A DNA stretch of 64,000 nucleotides from IMG/VR virus record IMGVR_UViG_3300037483_000947; one strand, written 5' to 3'. How positions within the stretch are numbered: the first letter of the stretch is position 1; every line of letters starts with the position of its first letter. Source of the DNA: a virus. The notes beneath the pieces were generated by a model. It was not told where the DNA came from. It made no database searches and saw nothing but the letters and a program-made list of their open reading frames with translations. Position numbers and translations under genes: made by a program. This document shows, piece by piece, positions 9,261 through 16,975 of this stretch.

Positions 9261-11906
9261 TTATAATCCTCTCTGAAATTGCTCATCTATAATTTGTCTA
9301 ATTAATGCCTTATCCTGCTTCGGGTAGGGGATTGTAAAACTTGTTACAAGCTGCTTAGACGCATCTATACAATTATGAACTAAAATCCCATTAGCATAAT
9401 ATTCGTGGTCATCCTCCACTTCCATATTATAAACTTTCTGTTTTCCTGCGTAATTCACCTCTACATTTGTGAGAACACGTTCTCGCATTATATCTTGTTT
9501 TAAATTCTTTGCCACAAATTTCACAGACTTTGGATTTTTTATTTGACCCAGTCTTTGTATAAAACTTATTCCGGCAACTGATAGAACAAAAACTATTCTT
9601 CCCGCCATGTTTATCAAGTCCCGTTTCATATTCTTCACCACAATTTGAACAAAACTTCCTGACTGTTTTTCTTTCACCAAATTTCTGTTTTTTTGCATGT
9701 TCTCGGTGCCAAGCACGTCCCTCCTCTGACCTATGCCACTCCTTTGACATTTCCTGTAACTTTTTAATATGTTCCCGCCTCCATTGTCTGGTATCTTCAG
9801 AAATATTTTCTTTATGATGCTCTTTGTGCCACCATAGGTCCAAACACTCAAGATTCTCAATAGCATTATTAAGTGTATTGTGGTCTTTATGATGGATTTG
9901 ATGGCCGAATGGAATTTCACCATTATAAAATTTCCAAATATCTCTGTGGAGGTATCTTTTGCCTTTTTTGTAATGGGTTGATGAACACCTGTAGTATTTT
10001 CTGTAGGTCCTGACGGGCGAATTAGGGTATCTTCTGTAAACAATTCCCTGAAATTCAACTGCTTCAGGTTTCCCATGCTTATATTCAGCAGGCATTTATA
10101 ATATTCCTTTCTATTTACTACTAAAAGAATATCCCCTCGCCGAAGTTTAGAAATTGGTACAAACTCATTATTCGCCGCTTCGTAAACTCCATGATTTGAG
10201 GTGGAGGTTATTTTGATAATTTCACCACCACTAAAATACATAAGCATTTCATAAGTATCAATAGCTCTATCCGTCAATCCTGCATTTAATACCCTTTTAA
10301 AACCTCGACGGGTTAAAACATATTCGCCCTTTTTCACTTTTTCTATACCTTTTTCACCGTTTAGTGTAAATATCTTTGTGCCAGCAATAAAACAATGGTC
10401 TATCCCGATTTTCTCGTCAAAATCCTCTTCCATTATAAGACTGTGAACCAGCTTTGGCACAGTTTCCCAGAACCAATAGCACTTCGATACACTGATGAAA
10501 AGCGTTGGCTCTCTCAGCCATAGCCCGTTATTATCTTTTTGCCAATTCAGTTCACTCTTCATCTGCCGGTTGCACCATATTCTGTATGTTGCATCTTCCT
10601 TCTTCTGCTTTATAGCCCGCACAAAAGTAATATTTAATCCCTCAACTTCCCTGCCATCATCAAGTTTTGTGGTTGAATTGCAGATTTGACTAAATATATC
10701 CACTACCTTTTTACCGCCGCCATAGGCTTTTGCGGGTTCCGCGAACATATCTACATCACACACTACTGTGAAATTCTTATATCCCCTCGAAAAACAGAAG
10801 TTTTTGAAAGCCTTTGCCCGGTCTAACAGTTCCATCTTGGGGTCATTTATTACAAATTCATCAGTAATGTATTTCCTGCGCTTGTTATCCATTGATCCAT
10901 AATGAAAAACCATCCAGTTCCCGTAATCTATTGACCCCAGCACCTTTATCACTTCCGGGATCTCACGTTTATCCGCATCATGCACTTCCTTGTTAAGCAT
11001 ACCAAAGAACAGTTCATCGCTGATTTTAGGAAATTCACCGCACAATTCCCAGATTGCAGTATTGTCAGGCTTGTAAATCTTTCCTTTCCATTCAAATGTG
11101 TGGTCCTCCTGTGAGTGCTCTTTCACAATTTCACAGTGCTTGCGTATCATATCCTCAACCCATTCAATGCCAACTCCGCCCGGAATAACCTCTCTGCCCT
11201 CTTTGATGTTCGGATGGTCAAAAGCACTGATTGTAATTCTGTTGATTCTGGGGTTATTCTCAGCCTCATCCCACAATTCCTTAAATTCACACAGATTTGT
11301 CCGGGGATTCGTTATTGCCAGTAAGCGTGAGTTCTCACCGCTCATGTGCCCGTTTACAGCCTTCCAGATAGCTTTGTGCACACCGCTTGCCTCGTCTATG
11401 ATGTCCAGTATCATCGGGCCGTGATATCCGCTGAAACGCACAGCCGATTGCTCCTCTTTCCCCACCTGCACAGTTATACCGGTTGCAAACCATTTCTTGC
11501 CATCAAGGATAAGGTCTGTCTGATTCAACTTAGCCTCCGGTGTGCCTGCGGAGTCTATCAAGGGGCGCTTGGAGTTCTTAACCATGTTTGTTATCTCACC
11601 CCAGAGTAAATCCTCTACCTGCTTGTTTGTCGGAGCAGTAGTTAGGACACGCGAGTTTACATTGGGAAATAAAAAAGCAAGTCCTATTGCGGCTGCACAA
11701 TAAGTCTTGCCTACGTTAAAACTCGCTTTTACCAGCGTTATTTTATATTTCCAGACTGATTCAACTATTTCCTTTTGTTTATCCCAGAGATTAACCCCAA
11801 TAGCATTTTCAATAAAATACAGCGGGTCCTGAAGCGTTCTGACAGCTGTTTCTACCTCTTTATCTGATAAAATCTCATTTCCTGATTGCTTTTCCGTTGT
11901 TGGCAT
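9261..11906 (-). CDS. terL: terminase large subunit, intein-containing precursor
   Basis: Walker A SFNVGKT, Walker B MILDIIDEASG, C-terminal nuclease-like region. The frame is continuous through a 341-codon intein at ...GIDH|C...HN|CIDASKQL. Confidence 0.85.
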   Translation of the reverse strand: MPTTEKQSGNEILSDKEVETAVRTLQDPLYFIENAIGVNLWDKQKEIVESVWKYKITLVKASFNVGKTYCAAAIGLAFLFPNVNSRVLTTAPTNKQVEDLLWGEITNMVKNSKRPLIDSAGTPEAKLNQTDLILDGKKWFATGITVQVGKEEQSAVRFSGYHGPMILDIIDEASGVHKAIWKAVNGHMSGENSRLLAITNPRTNLCEFKELWDEAENNPRINRITISAFDHPNIKEGREVIPGGVGIEWVEDMIRKHCEIVKEHSQEDHTFEWKGKIYKPDNTAIWELCGEFPKISDELFFGMLNKEVHDADKREIPEVIKVLGSIDYGNWMVFHYGSMDNKRRKYITDEFVINDPKMELLDRAKAFKNFCFSRGYKNFTVVCDVDMFAEPAKAYGGGKKVVDIFSQICNSTTKLDDGREVEGLNITFVRAIKQKKEDATYRIWCNRQMKSELNWQKDNNGLWLREPTLFISVSKCYWFWETVPKLVHSLIMEEDFDEKIGIDHCFIAGTKIFTLNGEKGIEKVKKGEYVLTRRGFKRVLNAGLTDRAIDTYEMLMYFSGGEIIKITSTSNHGVYEAANNEFVPISKLRRGDILLVVNRKEYYKCLLNISMGNLKQLNFRELFTEDTLIRPSGPTENTTGVHQPITKKAKDTSTEIFGNFIMVKFHSAIKSIIKTTIHLIMLLRILSVWTYGGTKSIIKKIFLKIPDNGGGNILKSYRKCQRSGIGQRRDVLGTENMQKNRNLVKEKQSGSFVQIVVKNMKRDLINMAGRIVFVLSVAGISFIQRLGQIKNPKSVKFVAKNLKQDIMRERVLTNVEVNYAGKQKVYNMEVEDDHEYYANGILVHNCIDASKQLVTSFTIPYPKQDKALIRQIIDEQFQRGL
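9372..10394 (-). mobile_element. class-1 intein in terL
   Basis: Starts CFIAGTKIFTLNG (block A), has TSNH (block B), ends VYNMEVEDDHEYYANGILVHN with +1 Cys (blocks F/G). Boundaries read codon by codon. Confidence 0.85.
9427..10095 (-). CDS. HNH homing endonuclease nested in the intein, out of frame with it
   Basis: Own ATG, with TAA immediately upstream in that frame and AAAGGA nearby. HNH core HQIHHKDHNTLNNAIENLECLDLWWHKEHH plus FCSNCG..FCSISC and CEICG..CSHKC ribbons. Frame offset from terL: 1811 nt, i.e. 2 mod 3. Confidence 0.85.
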   Translation of the reverse strand: MPAEYKHGKPEAVEFQGIVYRRYPNSPVRTYRKYYRCSSTHYKKGKRYLHRDIWKFYNGEIPFGHQIHHKDHNTLNNAIENLECLDLWWHKEHHKENISEDTRQWRREHIKKLQEMSKEWHRSEEGRAWHREHAKKQKFGERKTVRKFCSNCGEEYETGLDKHGGKNSFCSISCRNKFYTKTGSNKKSKVCEICGKEFKTRYNARTCSHKCRGELRRKTESL

Positions 11907-12432
11907 GTTTTACTAATTCAAGAATAGTGGTAAACTGCCCCTCGTGCTTATGCTCATGCTTCTCTACCAGCATCCCCTTGATTCGGGCAGCTAAGTCAAG
12001 AGCGGATAATTTGGAGTGTAGTTTAAATTTAACATTCGTCCCCTCTTTGCCTTTAACCATCTGCACCGATTCAACTGCCATCGCCTGATCAAGTGTCAAA
12101 TCCTTAAATTCTTTCAGTGCAACACCATCCGGCCCAACATTACAGTAATCCCTGATATCAGAGCGGATGAGGCTCCTAACCTGCCTGACTATCTCATCTT
12201 CCTCTATTTCCAGCTTCTTATCTACCCGTGCCAGCAGTTCCCTGATTTTCTCCTGAACCTTAGCTTTACTTAGCAACCGCGATGCTGTGACCTCAGCCGA
12301 TTTTGGACTGTAACCGGCCTCAATAGCAGCTTTCTTACCATTGAATTTCTGCTTAATCCACTCTTTGCAAAACAATAGCTGTTTTGGTGACAGTTTACTG
12401 CCTATAATCTTATTTCCGTTCTCAAATCCCAT
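11875..12432 (-). CDS. terS: terminase small subunit
   Basis: LSPKQLLFCKEWI..GKKAAIEAGYSPKSAEVTASRLL matches my recollection of the Terminase_2 helix-turn-helix signature. Overlaps the terL start. Confidence 0.75.
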   Translation of the reverse strand: MGFENGNKIIGSKLSPKQLLFCKEWIKQKFNGKKAAIEAGYSPKSAEVTASRLLSKAKVQEKIRELLARVDKKLEIEEDEIVRQVRSLIRSDIRDYCNVGPDGVALKEFKDLTLDQAMAVESVQMVKGKEGTNVKFKLHSKLSALDLAARIKGMLVEKHEHKHEGQFTTILELVKHANNGKAIRK

Positions 12433-12679
12433 AGAATCTTCTTTCTCCGTGAGCCAAATTGCATTTTGTTACTTCTAATTGTTCTAACCACTTATCAACA
12501 ACATCTAATGTCCATGTTGAATAGTTTTTGGGGTCATATATTGCAGCTTTGCTATTTGCAATTTCATAAAATATACCTCTAAACTTCTGCTCAGTCTGTA
12601 GCTTTCCCAATAGTTTCACAGCCCCCACACCCAGCAGAGGCAAAGCAACTAATGATTTTATAAATGTTCTACGTTCCAA
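12422..12679 (-). CDS. small protein with twin-arginine (Tat)-like signal
   Basis: N-terminus MERRTFIKSLVALPLLGVGAV fits S/T-R-R-x-F-L-K followed by an h-region. Confidence 0.45.
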   Translation of the reverse strand: MERRTFIKSLVALPLLGVGAVKLLGKLQTEQKFRGIFYEIANSKAAIYDPKNYSTWTLDVVDKWLEQLEVTKCNLAHGERRFYGI

Positions 12680-12705
12680 TTTTGTTTTTACTCAATTCCC
12701 ATAAG

Positions 12706-12778
12706 CGGGGTACAAGGGAGTCGAACCCTTAACCTTCGGAGTGACAGTCCAATGTGCTACCATCTGCACCTCTACCCC
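12706..12778 (-). tRNA. tRNA-Asp (anticodon GTC)
   Basis: Hand-folded cloverleaf. Acceptor GGGGTAG/GTACCCC (7-66 mismatch), D arm GTGC-AGATGGTA-GCAC. Anticodon arm TTGGA-CTGTCAC-TCCGA, variable loop AGGTT, T arm AAGGG-TTCGACT-CCCTT. Discriminator G; no encoded CCA. Confidence 0.8.
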
Positions 12779-12793
12779 ATATTATTAAAATAT

Positions 12794-12988
12794 TCATTCC
12801 TGCTTTTTTAATTCATCCCGCAAATCATAGATTTCCTTCGGGAGAAGCGGCACATCTAATGATTCAATTTTGCCAGTCTCTTTATTCACTAAAACCCTCC
12901 GAACTGTGCGATGCCTCTCTGCATCAATAATCAACTCATTTACTGCAGTTAATAAACTTATTCCCATTATAATCCTATCGCTTTCCAT
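12794..12988 (-). CDS. hypothetical protein
   Basis: 64-aa ORF in the co-directional array. Confidence 0.4.
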   Translation of the reverse strand: MESDRIIMGISLLTAVNELIIDAERHRTVRRVLVNKETGKIESLDVPLLPKEIYDLRDELKKQE

Positions 12989-13251
12989 CTATACTCCTCC
13001 ATACGTTTATTTAATTCATCCTGCCTATTATATTCATTCAATGCCATTATTGCCTTACCTGAATAAAACTTTTGTTTTTCCAGGTTAACGTTCCCAAATC
13101 TTACTGCAATATACATTTTTATAGCATTTTTTAATACTGGAAGATGGATATGCTCAAACTCCATGACATTTAATTCCGCATTAAACCTTGCTACTCCAAC
13201 ACCATCAACTAAACTTAAAAATTCTATTTTCATTATAATCTCAACTCCCAT
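12967..13251 (-). CDS. hypothetical protein
   Basis: ORF trimmed to the ATG at 13251, which forms a TAATG overlap with the upstream stop. Confidence 0.4.
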   Translation of the reverse strand: MGVEIIMKIEFLSLVDGVGVARFNAELNVMEFEHIHLPVLKNAIKMYIAVRFGNVNLEKQKFYSGKAIMALNEYNRQDELNKRMEEYRWKAIGL

Positions 13252-13511
13252 TAATTTTCTCCCCTGCAGAACCTTGCTCTCCACAAATCAAAGGTATCTA
13301 TTTCAGGTTTAACTTCCTCAAACTTAGCTTTTACAAATTCATCAACCACGTTCTTTGGCCAATAAACCGTTTGGCATCCAGGGCAAAACGGAGGATTACT
13401 TAATGAGTAATCTTTTGATAAATCAAGAACAGAATATGCAACGTCCTCGCATGTGCAATTCTTCTTAAAATCTTCAATATCCCGTTTTTTAATAAATTCA
13501 GCTATTTTCAT
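13251..13511 (-). CDS. hypothetical protein
   Basis: 86-aa ORF with Cys pairs (CTCED..CPGC). Confidence 0.45.
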   Translation of the reverse strand: MKIAEFIKKRDIEDFKKNCTCEDVAYSVLDLSKDYSLSNPPFCPGCQTVYWPKNVVDEFVKAKFEEVKPEIDTFDLWRARFCRGEN

Positions 13512-13756
13512 TAGTTCACCATCTTCGGCCTCAGGTGCCGATTCATTAACTTTTTGTATTTCTCCACCAGCGGTTCATATACTAAAGGTTCTTCACCCTT
13601 CTCAAAATCTATGTGGGGATATTTAACTTTCAATAATTTCAGTAAATCCTTTTCCTCTTCTTCCCACTTCTTTTTAAGTGCACCTTCAAGCATTTCGTTT
13701 TGAGTCCCCAGCATACCCTTCCATATCTTCACGTTCTTCCACTGCAAAAATCTCAT
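13511..13756 (-). CDS. hypothetical protein (start uncertain)
   Basis: 81-aa maximal ORF that overlaps the GroES 3' end. Internal ATGs at 13714 and 13693 are alternative starts. Confidence 0.4.
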   Translation of the reverse strand: MRFLQWKNVKIWKGMLGTQNEMLEGALKKKWEEEEKDLLKLLKVKYPHIDFEKGEEPLVYEPLVEKYKKLMNRHLRPKMVN

Positions 13757-14027
13757 GTTCCGGCATAATCAGTAAATTCTCATCATCAACCCTTATCTCG
13801 GTTCCGGCATACTTGCCATATATCACAATATCACCGACCTTAACACTAAGCGGAGTTAAGTCTCCGTGGTCTGTCAGAGTCCCTGTGCCAACAGCAATCA
13901 CTTCACCCTTCTCTGCCTTTGCCATTTGTTCCTGAGCATCTACAGGCAGTATTATCCCGCCCTTTGTAACTTCTTCAGGTTTAATAGGTCTTATTAATAT
14001 CCTGTTATATAATGGTTTAACACTCAT
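13686..14027 (-). CDS. groES: co-chaperonin GroES homologue
   Basis: From the ATG at 14027: MSVKPLYNRILIRPIKPEEVTKGGIILP..KGEVIAVGTG..VKVGDIVIYGKYAGTEI..LLIMPEHEIFAV. This is the canonical Cpn10 pattern. Confidence 0.8.
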   Translation of the reverse strand: MSVKPLYNRILIRPIKPEEVTKGGIILPVDAQEQMAKAEKGEVIAVGTGTLTDHGDLTPLSVKVGDIVIYGKYAGTEIRVDDENLLIMPEHEIFAVEEREDMEGYAGDSKRNA

Positions 14028-14206
14028 AGGTTTTTCTCCTCTTTTAACTTCCATTCTTTCCCACAATGTAAACAAACAGGGGGATTAGTTTCGGAAATAG
14101 GCTCACAAATATCTTTAGCCTTAGTTGCATAGTGAACCAACTCCCCGCAATCACAATCCGCAATAAAAGTAATTACTTTAGAAAATTCCAGATTTGTATT
14201 ATTCAT
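14024..14206 (-). CDS. small zinc-ribbon-like protein
   Basis: 60 aa with CDCG...CLHCG. ATGA overlap with the groES start. Confidence 0.45.
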   Translation of the reverse strand: MNNTNLEFSKVITFIADCDCGELVHYATKAKDICEPISETNPPVCLHCGKEWKLKEEKNL

Positions 14207-14213
14207 TTTATTA

Positions 14214-14597
14214 TTAATTTACTGTTTGATTTCCCCTTGATAATATCTGCCTTCCATAACCCTTCTCAATCGTTTCATCAATAAACTTACCAATCTCCAT
14301 TTTTGTCTGCACATTCGTAGCAAAGTCCTTCAGCTCATCAACATACGCAATGTCATACCCGAATAAGCTCCGCAGGAATTGCCGGATAATCCTGAGTTTC
14401 TTTCTGTGCCATGGTTTCAGCTGCTTACCCTCGCCGGTATGCTCATTGTGGATTTTATCCACAGTATCAATGTAATTTGATATATTCTTCTCCAGCCTGC
14501 CCCAGTCCTGCATAATCTCACGGAAGAAATCCTCTTCTCCCTGGTTGAAGAACCAAATCTGGATGTATTTCTTATCCTTAAAAAACTCTACTCGCAT
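14214..14597 (-). CDS. hypothetical protein
   Basis: 127-aa ORF. Its first 10 codons (MRVEFFKDKK) are duplicated 346 nt upstream. Confidence 0.5.
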   Translation of the reverse strand: MRVEFFKDKKYIQIWFFNQGEEDFFREIMQDWGRLEKNISNYIDTVDKIHNEHTGEGKQLKPWHRKKLRIIRQFLRSLFGYDIAYVDELKDFATNVQTKMEIGKFIDETIEKGYGRQILSRGNQTVN

Positions 14598-14609
14598 ATC
14601 ATTTCCTTT
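14568..14609. repeat. 42-nt direct repeat, copy 1
   Basis: TTTCTTATCCTTAAAAAACTCTACTCGCATATCATTTCCTTT; 39/42 identical to 14914-14955. Confidence 0.85.
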
Positions 14610-14791
14610 TTAATTTCGTAATAAAATATCTTAGAGTTTTTAATATCACGGCTAAAAAACGTAAACATTATTTGCTTTTTACTCCCTAATTCTCTTAATG
14701 TTTTGTTGATATTATCATAATTTCCAAAACATTTGTTAAATATTTCTGTATTAGAGATATTGTCCTTTAACCGCGTAGATGGTTCTTCCAT
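14588..14791 (-). CDS. hypothetical protein inside repeat-flanked insert
   Basis: 67-aa ORF between the two 42-nt repeats. Confidence 0.4.
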   Translation of the reverse strand: MEEPSTRLKDNISNTEIFNKCFGNYDNINKTLRELGSKKQIMFTFFSRDIKNSKIFYYEIKKEMICE

Positions 14792-14913
14792 TCTTGTTTA
14801 AAATTTTTGTTTTTAAATTAAAACAACCACGCACCCGTGTGTCTTTGCTGGGATGCGTCAAATCCCTGTCCACGGCCACCGTTGTATGTACACCGACTGT
14901 TTTGTGCACCAAT

Positions 14914-14955
14914 TTTCTTATCCTTAAAAAATTCTACCCGCATGTCATTTCCTTT
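14914..14955. repeat. 42-nt direct repeat, copy 2
   Basis: TTTCTTATCCTTAAAAAATTCTACCCGCATGTCATTTCCTTT. It contains an ATG that opens a 41-codon ORF (14818-14943). Confidence 0.85.
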
Positions 14956-15877
14956 CTTCGAGCCATTTCTCAAACGCTTTTCGAGCAGTAATCTTTCTGT
15001 CAACATATTCATCGTGCCCGTAAATATATGCCCATGCTTCTACTCCAAATTCAATCATATCTTCTTTAGTAAAAAGCCTTCCGCCGCATTTATTTAACAT
15101 ATTTCTATATAACTCACAGGCAAGAATAATCTCTTTTTTAGTCATATTTGTCCTGAAAGCGAGCACCATTTCATTTGGCTCCTTACTAAGATTTTGAGTT
15201 ACCCGCACATCATCAGTAACCCATACATATTTACACTCTTCTTTCACATCAATCTGTGCCTCTCTGCGTAAATTTGCAAATTCCGCCACATCCACAACAT
15301 CTTTGCAATCAGGACAACAGTATTTCATCAGTGAAACCGGATACATACTCCACCCTTCACCCTCTCTTATTAACTTTTTCAACCCCTCATGTCGGCAGAC
15401 CTGGCTATTGACAGGCTCACACTTTATCTTCCCCTCGAGAACCTTTTTAATTTTTTCATTAGCTTTCATCTGTGCCTCTATCTCCTCAAACCACACTGGA
15501 GGCACCTTTCCACATTGTGCCTTATTAGCTTCCACATAGCTTACCATACAATCAAACGCTGATTGGTCGAGTTCTTCCAAGCAATCAGGACACTTATACT
15601 TTGGAGGATATCTGCAAATCATTGAAACTATATCTCCTCGTTCAATATTCATCCGTAATGTAGGATGCTCACACTTCACCTCCTCAAACCAATCAGGACT
15701 GTTTTCAACAAATTCCGCATTGATTTGCAATAGTTCCCTACTCTCTTTGTGCTCACCATAACAGAAATTTGGCCTTGGCATCGGCTTAGCAAAGTTAATA
15801 AAATCTGGATGGTAAGGCCAAATTTCTGTCCCTTTTTTTAAAAATGCTAAATCCTTCCGTAATTTATACTTTTTCAT
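14945..15877 (-). CDS. Cys-rich hypothetical protein
   Basis: 310 aa with internally repeated KYKCPDCLEE / KYCCPDCKDV motifs. Confidence 0.5.
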   Translation of the reverse strand: MKKYKLRKDLAFLKKGTEIWPYHPDFINFAKPMPRPNFCYGEHKESRELLQINAEFVENSPDWFEEVKCEHPTLRMNIERGDIVSMICRYPPKYKCPDCLEELDQSAFDCMVSYVEANKAQCGKVPPVWFEEIEAQMKANEKIKKVLEGKIKCEPVNSQVCRHEGLKKLIREGEGWSMYPVSLMKYCCPDCKDVVDVAEFANLRREAQIDVKEECKYVWVTDDVRVTQNLSKEPNEMVLAFRTNMTKKEIILACELYRNMLNKCGGRLFTKEDMIEFGVEAWAYIYGHDEYVDRKITARKAFEKWLEERK

Positions 15878-16401
15878 CTTATTGGTTTTTCTTTGTAAAT
15901 TGTTTTATTATTGATTTTCCATACATTCCAGGCACTCACAGCTATCATCCTGTGCTTAGGCACTATTACTGCCACTACCCAGAGTCCAAACATCCTGCAG
16001 CGCTTCTTAATAGCTCCCTTATCCTGCTCACTGAGCGCCAGTGACTTGTAAAAATCACTGTGAAATTCACCTATAACCGTTATACCACTTGCAACCTCTG
16101 CCCATGTGCATTTCGTAAAAGGCTTCAGTAACACCGAGAAGAACCCTGGCTTGTAAAAATTTGGCTTCCGTGACCTGTTCCGGCACTGCACAAGCCTCAC
16201 CACCTTAATCCCTCTCTCATCACGGTAACCCAGTATAAGCCCCCCAATCTCCTTTGTATCATCAAAATACTCAATTTCAGCCCTTTTAACCTTATTAAGT
16301 ATCCCTGGCACACTCTCCAGACTTACTTCCTTAGACCTGACCTGATTATCTGCAAATATCTTTTTACTCTCTACTTCTGCCATTGAATCTAATTTAACCA
16401 T
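15874..16401 (-). CDS. JAB/MPN-like domain protein (HxD variant)
   Basis: EIGGLILG, then GEFHSDFYKSLALSEQD. This keeps the JAMM spacing H-x-[H->D]-x7-S-x2-D. Start set at the ATG at 16401. Confidence 0.45.
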   Translation of the reverse strand: MVKLDSMAEVESKKIFADNQVRSKEVSLESVPGILNKVKRAEIEYFDDTKEIGGLILGYRDERGIKVVRLVQCRNRSRKPNFYKPGFFSVLLKPFTKCTWAEVASGITVIGEFHSDFYKSLALSEQDKGAIKKRCRMFGLWVVAVIVPKHRMIAVSAWNVWKINNKTIYKEKPIR

Positions 16402-16975
16402 TCTCCTTCGTATTTTTCCTATTTGGAACCTGCGGGAACAGAATTGCTCTTTCAACCTCAATCACTCCACGCCTGAACATACCGCCGTAAAACTTTTTAA
16501 TCTTTACATTAGTTGATAAATGATACTTATCAGCCAGTATCTTCTCCAACAGCTTGTCATTAAACCGCTTGCACTTTTCAAGTTCCATCCCGGAGGTATA
16601 ATCACTCCACCATTTATATTCAAGGTCGTCCACAAGTATATCCAGCATAGTTATATTTGTTCTTGCTTCAAGCGTTGCCGGAGAGGTTATTATCACCTGC
16701 TCACCTTCCGGAGTTTTTATTCCGCCAATCGGCTGCCAGCATCGCCTGAAGAGCTGATACCCATGCCAGTCCCACTCGGTATCCTGCGTTTCCGCTATGA
16801 ACTGCAAAAACCACAACTTAAACTTCGATTTATTCCCCTTATAACACAATACTACACGCGGGGTTTTAAGAGGTAATTGATCCTCCACTTCCAACGGATT
16901 CCCCTGGGGACCGTAAACAAACCCATCCTCCACCCCAAACCCGGGGAAATCAATTAACGGTATGCTTTTCCTCAT
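16394..16975 (-). CDS. hypothetical protein
   Basis: 193-aa ORF in the array. Confidence 0.5.
   Translation of the reverse strand: MRKSIPLIDFPGFGVEDGFVYGPQGNPLEVEDQLPLKTPRVVLCYKGNKSKFKLWFLQFIAETQDTEWDWHGYQLFRRCWQPIGGIKTPEGEQVIITSPATLEARTNITMLDILVDDLEYKWWSDYTSGMELEKCKRFNDKLLEKILADKYHLSTNVKIKKFYGGMFRRGVIEVERAILFPQVPNRKNTKENG

Noticed and set aside
14825-14912. Possible tRNA or tRNA fragment. On the minus strand, the hairpin GGGAT-ttgacgc-ATCCC looks like an anticodon arm (U33, GAC, purine 37).
   Set aside because: I could not find an acceptor stem, D arm or T arm (no GTTCRA loop) in the flanks. It is kept only as a GC-rich island within the repeat-flanked cassette.
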